Under the pieces are notes generated by a model, which was not told the origin of the DNA, searched no databases, and was given only the letters and a program-made list of their open reading frames with translations. This document shows positions 1 to 8,482 of a DNA stretch of 64,000 nt, piece by piece (the stretch's first letter is position 1; every line of letters starts with the position of its first letter). Where the stretch lies: positions 1,000 through 64,999 of the forward strand of contig CAYXGF010000002.1 of the NCBI GenBank assembly GCA_964464465.1, read 5' to 3'. This DNA is from an uncultured Alistipes sp. Lineage in GTDB: Bacteria; Bacteroidota; Bacteroidia; Bacteroidales; Rikenellaceae. The translations under genes and the position numbers were made by a program.

Positions 1-165
1 CAGGTAGTTGACCGTGCCGCCGATGTCGTCGCGTAATGCCGCATCGCCTATTTCGGCAGTTACCGAGAGGTTGACCGTAAAGCGGTTGCCTACGATTTTC
101 TCCAAATCGTAACATCCGTGACAGGCGCGGAACTCCATATCTTCGAGCGAGACGGTGACGAGCAT
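1..165 (-). CDS. folB: dihydroneopterin aldolase, N-terminal part (gene continues past position 1)
   Basis: My own minus-strand translation from the ATG at 165-163 gives MLVTVSLEDMEFRACHGCYDLEKIVGNRFTVNLSVTAEIGDAALRDDIGGTVNYL, a typical FolB N-terminus (MEF.A.HG...E...G..F.V). The start overlaps the stop of the upstream kinase gene (TGATG). Confidence 0.7.
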   Translation of the reverse strand, partial: MLVTVSLEDMEFRACHGCYDLEKIVGNRFTVNLSVTAEIGDAALRDDIGGTVNYL

Positions 166-1166
166 CAGAACAGATATTTTTGCGTTTTGACTTTGGCCAC
201 CAGGTTGAATATGTCGTTCCAGGCGTCCTCTCCGAACGTCGTGCCCACTACCTCTATGACCTTGCCGGCCGTGACGGCCCCTATCGTTCCGCACTGGCGC
301 AGGCTGAGACCCTGGCACATGCCGCTGAGGAATCCCGCAGCATAGTAGTCGCCGGCGCCTGTCGTGTCCACCCTTTTGGCGGCGGCCATGATTCCGACGT
401 GCACCACTTCGGAGCCATGTTTTATGAGGGCGCCCTTCATGCCGATTTTTACCACCGACAGCCCGCACATCTCGGATATGGCTTGCAGGGCGTTGAGGGG
501 TTCGGCCTCGCCGGTGAACACCCGGGCCTCGTCCTCGTTTGCGAAAAGAATGTCCACGTATTCGGCCACCAGCTGGCGCAGGAAGTCGAGATTCTCCTCC
601 ACGACATTGAAGCTGGCCAGGTCGATTGCTATTTTCAGGCCGCACTTTTTCGCGGTGCTCACGGCGCTTCTTATCAGGTTGTGGTCCTGAACCAGATACC
701 CTTCTATATAAAGGCAGTCGTATCCGGCGAACATGTCGGCCGATATCTCTTCCGCCGTCATCTCCAATGCCGCGCCCAGGTGTGTGACCATGGTTCTCTC
801 TCCGTCCGGCGAGACGAGCGACACGCAGCGTCCGGAGTGGGACCTGCCGCGGAAAATGAACGGCTGCACGCCCACGTTGATGAGTCCCTGTTCGAAAAAG
901 TCGCCCGTGGAGTCGTTGCCCACCTTGCCGATGAAGCCCGTCTCGGTTCCCAACCGGGCCATGGCGCGTATGGTGTTGGATGCCGAGCCGCCCAGCGAAA
1001 GGGTGTAGGGCAGTCCCGCCACGGATTTGGATATTTTCTTCTGCATCTCGTCCTCCACAAGGCTCATGCTGCCTCTGGGCAGGGAGAATGCGTCGAGCAC
1101 TTCGTCGCTTTTCAGATTCACCAGCATGTCGGTGAGGGCATTGCCGATGCCTATTATTTTCTTCAT
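165..1166 (-). CDS. PfkB-family carbohydrate/adenosine kinase
   Basis: A 333-aa ORF carries the PfkB signatures GGSASN near the N-terminus and DTTGAGD near the C-terminus. It has a good ATG start, with a TAnnTTTG box upstream. Confidence 0.85.
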   Translation of the reverse strand: MKKIIGIGNALTDMLVNLKSDEVLDAFSLPRGSMSLVEDEMQKKISKSVAGLPYTLSLGGSASNTIRAMARLGTETGFIGKVGNDSTGDFFEQGLINVGVQPFIFRGRSHSGRCVSLVSPDGERTMVTHLGAALEMTAEEISADMFAGYDCLYIEGYLVQDHNLIRSAVSTAKKCGLKIAIDLASFNVVEENLDFLRQLVAEYVDILFANEDEARVFTGEAEPLNALQAISEMCGLSVVKIGMKGALIKHGSEVVHVGIMAAAKRVDTTGAGDYYAAGFLSGMCQGLSLRQCGTIGAVTAGKVIEVVGTTFGEDAWNDIFNLVAKVKTQKYLF

Positions 1167-1203
1167 TCGGATATTTCGGGTATTAAAAAATCAACTGATG
1201 AGA

Positions 1204-1211
1204 CAAATGTA
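1204..1211 (-). promoter_or_regulatory. Bacteroidetes -7 box (TACATTTG) for the pfkB-folB unit
   Basis: The plus strand reads CAAATGTA, which is TACATTTG on the minus strand, about 40 nt upstream of the ATG at 1166. Confidence 0.45.
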
Positions 1212-1234
1212 GCGTTTTTTCAATAAAAAAACAC

Positions 1235-1242
1235 TATATTTG
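1235..1242 (+). promoter_or_regulatory. Bacteroidetes -7 box (TATATTTG)
   Basis: An exact TAnnTTTG match lies 37 nt upstream of the ATG at 1279. This argues against the TTG start at 1240. Confidence 0.45.
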
Positions 1243-1278
1243 CATATATATTCAACCGAACCGAATTTTAATAGGATT

Positions 1279-2202
1279 ATGAAAGATTATCAGGACAAGG
1301 ATGCGGAATACGAAGACGATTTCTACGACCAGTACGACGATGGAAATTCAAAGACCCTGAAAGGTTATAAAATAGTCATAGTTCTGCTCGTAATAGTTTT
1401 GGGCGGTCTGTCGGCGATATATTTCCGGCAGGTCAATATCATCAAGAAGGAGTTCGCCGTCGAGCGCGACACCCTCACAAGCCGTCTGTCGGCCGTGCGC
1501 AGCGACTTCGCCAACCTGAAAACCGAGAACGACTCCATCTCCTACAATCTGGGCGTGGAGCGCGACCGTGTGGACTCTCTCATAGAGCAGTTGCAGAGCG
1601 AACGCCGCCTCAGTTATGCCAAGATTCGCAAATACGAGAATCAGCTGGCCGGCATGCGCAAGGTGATGCAGAACTACGTTCACCAGATAGACTCTCTCAA
1701 TACTCTCAACCGCAGGCTCATCAGCGAGAACCGCACCTATAAGAAAGAGGTGGAGTCGCACAGGCTTCGTGCCGAGGTGGCCGAGGAGAGGGCCGAGGAG
1801 CTGGGCACCAAGGTGCGTATAGGTTCGGTGGTTCGAGCGCGAGATATCCGTCTTGTGCCGCTTTCGGCCAGCGACAGGGAGGTAACCCGAGCTTCGCGAG
1901 CAGCGCGTCTGAGAGTGGATTTCACACTCTCGGCCAACGAACTGACGAATCCGGGCCAGCGTCCGGTGTATGTGCGTATTACTTCGCCCGACGGTTATGT
2001 AATGGCCAATGCCGAGTCGGCGACCTTCACCTATGAGGGCGACAAGATAATCTATTCCGCCACCCGAGAGGTCGATTATCAGAATCAGGACCTTGCCGTC
2101 GGTATATACTACAACGGCGACGGCATCACCGGCGGCCAGTACCTTGTCGAGATTTACATGGACGGCAACATGATAGGCTCGCTCAAAACGATGCTTAGAT
2201 AA
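1279..2202 (+). CDS. hypothetical membrane-anchored coiled-coil protein with a C-terminal beta-rich domain
   Basis: The ORF has an acidic N-terminus, one TM helix (IVIVLLVIVLGGLSAIYF), a heptad-like coiled-coil segment of about 130 aa, and a C-terminal domain of about 120 aa. Promoter box and terminator flank it. Start is taken at MKDYQDK. Confidence 0.7.
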   Translation: MKDYQDKDAEYEDDFYDQYDDGNSKTLKGYKIVIVLLVIVLGGLSAIYFRQVNIIKKEFAVERDTLTSRLSAVRSDFANLKTENDSISYNLGVERDRVDSLIEQLQSERRLSYAKIRKYENQLAGMRKVMQNYVHQIDSLNTLNRRLISENRTYKKEVESHRLRAEVAEERAEELGTKVRIGSVVRARDIRLVPLSASDREVTRASRAARLRVDFTLSANELTNPGQRPVYVRITSPDGYVMANAESATFTYEGDKIIYSATREVDYQNQDLAVGIYYNGDGITGGQYLVEIYMDGNMIGSLKTMLR

Positions 2203-2232
2203 GATTTCGAATAGAAAATATTAATTATTAGA

Positions 2233-2270
2233 GTCGTCTCCACTGTGAAGTGTGGAGGCGACTTTTTTTT
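2233..2270 (+). terminator. rho-independent terminator
   Basis: The hairpin GTCGTCTCCAC-TGTGAAG-TGTGGAGGCGAC (one G/T mispair) is followed by T8, 30 nt after the stop at 2202. Confidence 0.8.
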
Positions 2271-2885
2271 GTAGCGGATAGTTTGTGGTGTTTTTATGCG
2301 GTTAACTGTCTGCCTCAGACGTGTACTGTTATGTTTCTCCTAAGACTGCCCCGGCAGCATATGTTTCATAAAACCGTATTGTGAATTATTGAGTCGGGAC
2401 CGGAACCAGCAGTGTTATCGATAACGTGGCATATCCGATATGTTCTTATGCGTGATGCAGTGGCGGAATCTGCGGCACAAGACGGAAGAATTTGGGTGCA
2501 GTATGCTTATATTTCATAAATTCAATGATTTTTTGTGCGATACTCCACGCGGGTGTTGTTCTTTAATGCGTATTTTCTGCTTGGGGCGAAATCCCGGGCA
2601 GACATATTTGAAAGTGTTTTTCGCTTTTGTCCTTAACGGAAAATCTGACAGTTTTCAAAGAGAAGGGACAACGGACAGCACTCATTTCTTGTGTAGATTA
2701 TGGCCGGGGCATAGTATATGCCCTGATATCCCATATCTATCCGAGTATGGGGTATCGCGTCGTTTATTTTCTCTTGGGTTTTGTCAGAGCCTTCCGTTAG
2801 ATAAACGAAATAGTCTCCCACACTTTTCTGTTTTTTATTATGTTGTCGGGCAGTGGGGCGCCGGCATATGTAAATTAAAATAGTT

Positions 2886-3596
2886 ATGGGAAGTATTGTT
2901 GATTCAGAACTCGAATTCCTGTCGGAATGCGATAATGAGCAGTTGTGTCTTTTGGCGGATATTCTGGTATTCGACCCGAAGGACAAAAAGAAGAGGTATA
3001 CGGAGACGCTCTCGAAACGTTCGTCGTATGTCGCGTTTTATCCGCATTATATGAAGAAACTTGTGCCTGATATCGTCGATGAGTACAGGCGCTTCGGCGG
3101 CAATACCATATTCAACTATCTGCGGGGACACGGGGCTTCGTATCGTGATATACTCGGCACGGTATGCGGACATTTCGGAATATCGTCGGATAAGTCGGAT
3201 TCGGTTGAGGTGATGGAGACAGCGCTTTTGAGGAAAGTTGCTGAGAAGATGCTGGATTCCTTGTCCGGACAGAATATGGCCGATGCGGAATCGGGGCAGT
3301 CGGCCGAGGAGCTGAAAGAGTATCTGCGGCGGTTCTGCGAATCGGGAGTCGGCGATACGTCCAGAATAGCGGGGCTGATAATATATTCGTGGGGAATGTA
3401 TTTCAGTCGTGTCGGTCTTTCGGTTGTGAAGTGGGCCGGTGAAAGAATCTTGTGGAAACTGCCTCTCGGACCTCTGTTCTCCGTTGTAGGTACGGTGTGG
3501 ATGGCGTTTGACATAGCAGCTCCGGCATTGCGCGTGACCATACCCGCCACCGTATTGATTGCATGTCTGAGGCGTACTGCCCGGAGTGAGCAGTAG
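2886..3596 (+). CDS. YaaW/UPF0174-like protein with a DUF3944-like N-terminus
   Basis: A 236-aa ORF. The N-terminal ELEFLSECDNEQLCLLADIL motif and the hydrophobic C-terminal third resemble the E. coli YaaW family (recalled from memory). The gene is visibly more AT-rich than its neighbours. Confidence 0.55.
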   Translation: MGSIVDSELEFLSECDNEQLCLLADILVFDPKDKKKRYTETLSKRSSYVAFYPHYMKKLVPDIVDEYRRFGGNTIFNYLRGHGASYRDILGTVCGHFGISSDKSDSVEVMETALLRKVAEKMLDSLSGQNMADAESGQSAEELKEYLRRFCESGVGDTSRIAGLIIYSWGMYFSRVGLSVVKWAGERILWKLPLGPLFSVVGTVWMAFDIAAPALRVTIPATVLIACLRRTARSEQ

Positions 3597-3614
3597 GGTG
3601 ATTACTGTACATAT

Positions 3615-3660
3615 GAAAAACGGAAGCCTGCCGCGGGAAAAGACGGCAGGCTTTGTGTGT
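3615..3660. terminator. bidirectional hairpin terminator between convergent genes
   Basis: The stem AAGCCTGCCG / CGGCAGGCTT is preceded by A5 (T5 on the minus strand) and followed by TTTGTGTGT. Confidence 0.6.
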
Positions 3661-3689
3661 ATCGTATATCTGGCGCGCTTGTGCAGGTT

Positions 3690-5027
3690 TTACCTGGCGA
3701 GAGCTTCGAGGGCCTCGAAGTCTATCTTGGGCGTGCGACCTTTGGCCTTGCGGGTGAATGAGCTGCGGTATGGTGTGGTCTGATTGATGAATCCGCAGTT
3801 TTGGAGCATGAAGGCATTGTTCTTCACTCCGCCGCACATGTCGGCTCTTACTCCGCTCAGTCCCGTGGCATCGCAAGTGAAGCGGGCGTTTGTAATCTCA
3901 TGCCATACGCCGTGTTTGTCCCTCGCCCACTGGTTTTTGAAAATCACGCTGCGGGTCATGTAGCTTGTCTCCGGAACGAAACATTCGAGGAATGAGTGCG
4001 CGCCCTTGCAATATGTATCGGTTTTGGGGCGCAGCAGGCGCGACAGGAGCATCCACTGGCCTTTCTCGTTGCAGAAATATCCTGTGTATATCGTGTTGCC
4101 TTTTCCGTCGGGCTGCACTCTGACGAGTGTCTTGTATGTTTTCCCCGGTTTCCACGGATAGTTCATGAAGCTCTGTTTGCCAGAGCCCTCGTTGCCGAAG
4201 TTCTGAGCGGTGACGCCTTCGCCCTTGGCAAGAACCTTCACGTGGAGCGAGTCGGGAATGTCGTTGGGGTTGTCGGTCGTGAAAGGACTCCATACGGAGA
4301 ACAGTACCTTGCGCTCCGCGCGGTCCTTGTCATGTCCTATGGACTGGATTCCCATGTATCCTTCGGCGAATCCTGTGAGCATGAAATAGGTGCTCTCCAC
4401 GTCGCGGCCCTTGGGAACCGTGACTTCGCTGTAAAAGTATTCTATATCCTCGCCCTTGGGCAGTTCATATCCCATGTGTACCGAGGGGCCGCGGCGGAAC
4501 CAGTAACAGTCCGCGAGTTTGTCGTAGGGAATGAAGCGGTTATCTCCGCTTGTTGCCGGTCCGCTTGCGACAAAGCCTGTGATGTTGCCGAACTGTTCGG
4601 CTGAGCGTTTCAGTCCGCGGATGTCAATTCGTACATATCCGGGGTGCTTGATGTCGAATGTCCCGACCTCGTATTCGGCTTCGGAGCCTGTTATGTTCAC
4701 TGTGTATTTCTGACGTCCCATCGAGAACAGCAGGACCGAGCAGTCGCCGGCGCCGGGTGCGGAGGCCTTGACCGAAAGGGTGAGTTTGCCGGCGGCTCCC
4801 GTTTTGAAGTACAGGCTCATTACGGTCTCGGAGTCGGTCCATGAAATGATTTTTCCGTTGCCTCTGTCGATGATTTTCGATGCTTCCTCGAAGATGTGCC
4901 CGTCGGCGGTGCGAGTTACGTACACGTTGCCGCTGAAAGGTATCTCGACCTTCCCGGCGGTCTGCGGCCGGGCGCCGACAACGGATGCGAGTGCCGCTGC
5001 GCAGAGTGTTAAGATTTTGATGTTCAT
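3690..5027 (-). CDS. secreted DUF5077/DUF3472-like protein
   Basis: Start is taken at MNIKILTLCAAALASVVG (signal peptide). GYMGIQ and LFSVWSP-type motifs recall DUF3472. It lies 17 nt downstream of the glsB-like gene on the same strand. Confidence 0.6.
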   Translation of the reverse strand: MNIKILTLCAAALASVVGARPQTAGKVEIPFSGNVYVTRTADGHIFEEASKIIDRGNGKIISWTDSETVMSLYFKTGAAGKLTLSVKASAPGAGDCSVLLFSMGRQKYTVNITGSEAEYEVGTFDIKHPGYVRIDIRGLKRSAEQFGNITGFVASGPATSGDNRFIPYDKLADCYWFRRGPSVHMGYELPKGEDIEYFYSEVTVPKGRDVESTYFMLTGFAEGYMGIQSIGHDKDRAERKVLFSVWSPFTTDNPNDIPDSLHVKVLAKGEGVTAQNFGNEGSGKQSFMNYPWKPGKTYKTLVRVQPDGKGNTIYTGYFCNEKGQWMLLSRLLRPKTDTYCKGAHSFLECFVPETSYMTRSVIFKNQWARDKHGVWHEITNARFTCDATGLSGVRADMCGGVKNNAFMLQNCGFINQTTPYRSSFTRKAKGRTPKIDFEALEALAR

Positions 5028-5044
5028 TGTATTGGGGTATGAAT

Positions 5045-5965
5045 TTAAGCGAGTTCCACTGTGTCCCATTTGGTGTGACGAGCCGATTTCGAGGGGTAGA
5101 TGTCCTTTATGGTCACGAGTATGCCTGTTTCCTCGACATCTCCGAAGTCAGTGTTGAGTGCCGTGTCGAACACTTTCATGGTCGGCGAGAGACTCAGATA
5201 GGAGTTTATCAGCGGCGGAACGTTCTCTCCCAATGCTCTGATGCGCTGGCAGAGTATCTTGTAGTTCTCATTGAAGTCGGCGCCCGAGAACATATCCTTC
5301 GCATGAGCAATGTCGGACGGTTGCAGTGCCGGGTTTATCGCTGTGATGAGATTCTCGTTGTCCGGACAGTAGCGGCGCAGAAAATAGAGCAGTATGTTTT
5401 TCGCCTCGCGGTTGTACTTTCCGTACATCGTGACTTTGCCGAAGAAGTATCTGGCCTCGGGGTGTTTTACAATCAGCGCTCCCAGACCGTCCCACAGATT
5501 GTCCAGTGCGAATATGCTTTTGGGGTTTTCGTGCGTATTCTGATATGCGGGCTGTATGAATGAGCGGCCGAGTTCTATTGTGTAGGGCAGGTATTTGCTG
5601 CGGAACAGGTCGCTGAACGTGAAGTAGTGTTCGGTGGAAAGGTGCTGCGGATATTCCGAGTCGCACACTATATATCTGTATCCGCCGACAATCTCCTTTT
5701 CGACGGGGTCCCATACGATGAGCTGTTTGTATCCGTTTTCGGCCGTGTCGTCCGCGTCGATGTCCGTAGGCTGTCCGGTTCCTCCGCCGGCCTGACGGAA
5801 TGCGAGTTCCCGCAGACGGCCTATTTCTGTCATCACGTTGGGCGAGTCTGCCGCTGTTATCACATATATCGAGTTGCCTGCCTTGCCTGTTCTGCGCAGC
5901 AGCTTGTCGGCTGAGAGTTCCTGTTCGAGAATTTGTCTTGAAACGGCCGGTATGATAGGTTGCAT
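5045..5965 (-). CDS. glsB: GNAT-type N-acyltransferase, glycine-lipid/commendamide synthase-like (GlsB/ChoA family)
   Basis: A 306-aa ORF. The segment EIGRLRELAFRQAGGGTG...YKQLIVWD...IVGGYRY is the hemolysin-like N-acyl amino acid synthase signature as I remember it from Bacteroides. Confidence 0.6.
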   Translation of the reverse strand: MQPIIPAVSRQILEQELSADKLLRRTGKAGNSIYVITAADSPNVMTEIGRLRELAFRQAGGGTGQPTDIDADDTAENGYKQLIVWDPVEKEIVGGYRYIVCDSEYPQHLSTEHYFTFSDLFRSKYLPYTIELGRSFIQPAYQNTHENPKSIFALDNLWDGLGALIVKHPEARYFFGKVTMYGKYNREAKNILLYFLRRYCPDNENLITAINPALQPSDIAHAKDMFSGADFNENYKILCQRIRALGENVPPLINSYLSLSPTMKVFDTALNTDFGDVEETGILVTIKDIYPSKSARHTKWDTVELA

Positions 5966-6085
5966 GATGGAATGAAAAAATATTTAGTTGTTTCGGTTGC
6001 GGAAATACCGTGCGAACGTGACCGAGCTGTAACTTTCGGAACGAGTCGTCATGTATTTCTGATGGCAGCCGAAGTTTATGAGACG

Positions 6086-6093
6086 CAAATATA
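6086..6093 (-). promoter_or_regulatory. Bacteroidetes -7 box (TATATTTG)
   Basis: The plus strand reads CAAATATA, about 120 nt upstream of the glsB-like ATG. Confidence 0.4.
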
Positions 6094-6181
6094 ACAAAAG
6101 GAGATTTATTTGAAAAGAAAAGAGACGTTTTTTGCTTTTGGCCGCATGTGCGCGGGCTTGCCGGGGATGCCTCCCGCCGGT

Positions 6182-7054
6182 CTATTCCGACTGCTGTCCG
6201 CACAGCGCCGCTATCGATTCGGCCACCTGCTGCATCAGCCACCGCGGGGTCGATGTGGCGCCGCATACGCCTACGCTCCGCGCGCCTGCGAACCACCGTG
6301 CGTCTATCTCTCCGGCGTCCTCCACGTTGTACGAACGTTCGTTTGCCGAACGGCATACGCCGAACAGCACTCTGCCGTTGGAGCTCTTGCGTCCGCAGAC
6401 GAATATGACGGTATCGAACGAGGAGGCGAATGCGCGCAGATGCTGCTCGCGCGAGGATACCTGACGGCATATCGTGTCGTTGACCGTAAGGAGCGACTGG
6501 TCGTCCATGCGTTCTGCAATCAGGCTGCCTATGCGCGAGAAGAGTTCCAGGCTCTGCGTGGTCTGCGAGAGCAGGTATACGGGTCGTGAGAAATCGAGCG
6601 AGTCTATGTCGCGTTCGCACTCCACCACCGTGCAGTCGTCCGCGATTTGCCCCGAAAGCCCCACCACTTCGGCGTGTCCTTTCTTGCCGAGTATTACCAC
6701 GCGTCCGCCTGCCCTGCTCATTTTTTCGTATGCCTCGACCACCTTGCGCTGCAATCCCGCCACCACGGGACACGTCGCGTCTATGATTTCCACACCGTGG
6801 CTCCCGGCAAGACGGTATGTGGCCGGCGGCTCGCCGTGAGCGCGTATCAGCAGGGTCTTCCCTCCGAGCGACGCCAGATTGTCGTGGGATACGGTCACGA
6901 GCCCGAGGTTTTGAAGCCGCTGCACCTCCACGCGGTTGTGCACTATGTCGCCCAGAGAGTATACCGGTCCCGAGGCCAGGGCCTTCTCGGCCTTTTCGAT
7001 GGCATTGACGACTCCGAAGCAGAATCCCGATTTGTCGTCTATCTCTATGCGCAT
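6182..7054 (-). CDS. ispH: 4-hydroxy-3-methylbut-2-enyl diphosphate reductase
   Basis: An internal start at MRIEIDDKSGFCFGV lies inside the 545-aa track ORF. IspH motifs are present (CFGV, HN, ATCP, TIC). The upstream Arg-rich extension is not protein-like. Confidence 0.9.
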   Translation of the reverse strand: MRIEIDDKSGFCFGVVNAIEKAEKALASGPVYSLGDIVHNRVEVQRLQNLGLVTVSHDNLASLGGKTLLIRAHGEPPATYRLAGSHGVEIIDATCPVVAGLQRKVVEAYEKMSRAGGRVVILGKKGHAEVVGLSGQIADDCTVVECERDIDSLDFSRPVYLLSQTTQSLELFSRIGSLIAERMDDQSLLTVNDTICRQVSSREQHLRAFASSFDTVIFVCGRKSSNGRVLFGVCRSANERSYNVEDAGEIDARWFAGARSVGVCGATSTPRWLMQQVAESIAALCGQQSE

Positions 7055-7746
7055 GCGTTCTCGTAAATCTCCATGAAACGTACCATCTGCTCCTCCACCG
7101 TCATGTGCGAGTTGTCCATCACTATCGCGTCGTCGGCCTTGCGGAGCGGGGATACAGCACGGCTCTGGTCGAGCGTGTCGCGCGAGCGGATGTTCTCCTC
7201 GATTTCTTGCAGCGAGACCTGCTGGCCTTTGGCCCGCAGCTCGTCGTAGCGTCTTTGCGCGCGCACCTGCGCGTCGGCCGTCATGAACAGTTTTATCTCT
7301 GCATCGGGAAACACCACCGTGCCGATGTCGCGGCCGTCCATCACGACGCCTCCTCCGGAGCCAATCTTCTGTTGCAGGGCGACGAGCTTCTCGCGCACCT
7401 CCCTGACGGAGCTGACCTGACTGACGAAGTTGCTCACCTCTATGGTGCGTATCTTGCCCTCCACCATGACGGAGTTGACGTATATGTCGCTTGCACCGCG
7501 CTGCTGGTTGAACCGGAAGTCTATGTTCACCTCGTCCAGACGCTCCACGAGGGCATGCGTGTCGAGTATTCCGGCGCTTATTATTCCGTTTTCGATTGCG
7601 AAGAGCGTCACGGCGCGGTACATGGCACCCGTGTCGATGAATACGTATCCCAGACGGGCGGCTATGAGCCGTGCGAAAGTGCTTTTGCCGCACGACGAGA
7701 ATCCGTCCACGGCTATGGTAATCTTGGGTTTGTCTTTTGTGTACAT
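7045..7746 (-). CDS. cmk: cytidylate kinase
   Basis: Start at MYTKDKPKITIAVDGFSSCGKST (P-loop), followed by the DTGAMYR motif. It overlaps ispH by 10 nt. Confidence 0.9.
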   Translation of the reverse strand: MYTKDKPKITIAVDGFSSCGKSTFARLIAARLGYVFIDTGAMYRAVTLFAIENGIISAGILDTHALVERLDEVNIDFRFNQQRGASDIYVNSVMVEGKIRTIEVSNFVSQVSSVREVREKLVALQQKIGSGGGVVMDGRDIGTVVFPDAEIKLFMTADAQVRAQRRYDELRAKGQQVSLQEIEENIRSRDTLDQSRAVSPLRKADDAIVMDNSHMTVEEQMVRFMEIYENACA

Positions 7747-7754
7747 TATAGGTT

Positions 7755-8408
7755 TCAACGCATATTCTGAATAAACATGGCAAGTACCGCCGAGGCTCCC
7801 AGCACCACGATTGCCACACCGGCCACCCGGTTTATCCACAGCAGGTGCCGCGGCCGGAATTTGTTGCGCAGGCTGTTGATTACGGTGATGAGGAGGAACC
7901 ACCACGAGGCGGCGCCTGCGAAGAATCCGCTTATCATGGCTGCGCCCGTGATGAGCCGCGGCTCGTCGGAGATTTCGGCCTCGGTCATGTCGATGCCCAG
8001 GGCCGTGAATATCACCACCAGCCAGAGTATGAATGCGGGATTGGTCAGCGTGAGCAGGAATGTAGACAGATAATCCTTCCACATGTTGCTCTTGCCGGCC
8101 CTGTTGCGGCGAATCTGTACCACGGGATTGGTCATGAAGATGTTTACTCCCACCACGACCACGCATATCCCGCCCAGCACCGTGAGAATCGTCATGTTGG
8201 CCTCTATCAGCGAACTGATTACCGAGATGAAGAAATACGCCACCGTGGCGAAAAGCGTGTCTGCGGATGCGGCTCCGAGTCCCGATGCGAATCCGGATTT
8301 GCGGTTCTTGCTCAGCGTGCGCTGTATGCACAATATCCCCACCGGCCCCAATGTTATTGAAGCCGTGAGACCTATGATGACTCCCCTGAGAAAAAATTCT
8401 ATCCACAT
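7755..8408 (-). CDS. LysE/RhtB-family amino-acid exporter
   Basis: A protein with about six TM helices. Start is taken at MWIEFFLRG, downstream of the -7 box. The LTNP motif is typical of LysE-type translocators. Confidence 0.75.
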   Translation of the reverse strand: MWIEFFLRGVIIGLTASITLGPVGILCIQRTLSKNRKSGFASGLGAASADTLFATVAYFFISVISSLIEANMTILTVLGGICVVVVGVNIFMTNPVVQIRRNRAGKSNMWKDYLSTFLLTLTNPAFILWLVVIFTALGIDMTEAEISDEPRLITGAAMISGFFAGAASWWFLLITVINSLRNKFRPRHLLWINRVAGVAIVVLGASAVLAMFIQNMR

Positions 8409-8437
8409 AACCTTAATTATCGACGGGTCGCAGAGCG

Positions 8438-8445
8438 CAAATGTA
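8438..8445 (-). promoter_or_regulatory. Bacteroidetes -7 box (TACATTTG) for LysE-cmk-ispH
   Basis: The plus strand reads CAAATGTA, 30 nt upstream of the ATG at 8408. Confidence 0.45.
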
Positions 8446-8456
8446 GTAAATATATC

Positions 8457-8464
8457 TATCTTTG
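8457..8464 (+). promoter_or_regulatory. Bacteroidetes -7 box (TATCTTTG) for lnt-folC
   Basis: An exact TAnnTTTG match lies 19 nt upstream of the ATG at 8483. It lies inside the 8462 alternative start, which it therefore disfavours. Confidence 0.45.
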
Positions 8465-8482
8465 CCAGCAAAACGGTTCAAA

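Noticed and set aside
2440-2986. ORFs 2440-2883 (+, 147 aa) and 2633-2986 (-, 117 aa) in the AT-rich gap.
   Set aside because: Both have Cys/Phe/Leu-rich, irregular composition and no promoter or start context. The second runs into the yaaW-like gene on the opposite strand. I treat the gap as non-coding.
5268-6773. A 501-aa ORF on the minus strand spanning the glsB-like/ispH region.
   Set aside because: It is extremely Arg/Gly/Pro-rich and low-complexity, out of frame with two well-supported genes, and crosses their intergenic gap. This is a typical shadow ORF of GC-rich coding DNA.
6182-8406. N-terminal extensions of the track ORFs 6182-7819 (545 aa) and 7045-8406 (453 aa).
   Set aside because: The recognisable IspH and Cmk sequences begin at the internal Met residues encoded at 7054 and 7746. 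The upstream parts are Arg-rich read-through of the neighbouring genes in another frame. Similar artefactual extensions were trimmed for asnS, murD, ftsZ, tilS, folC, rbr and others.
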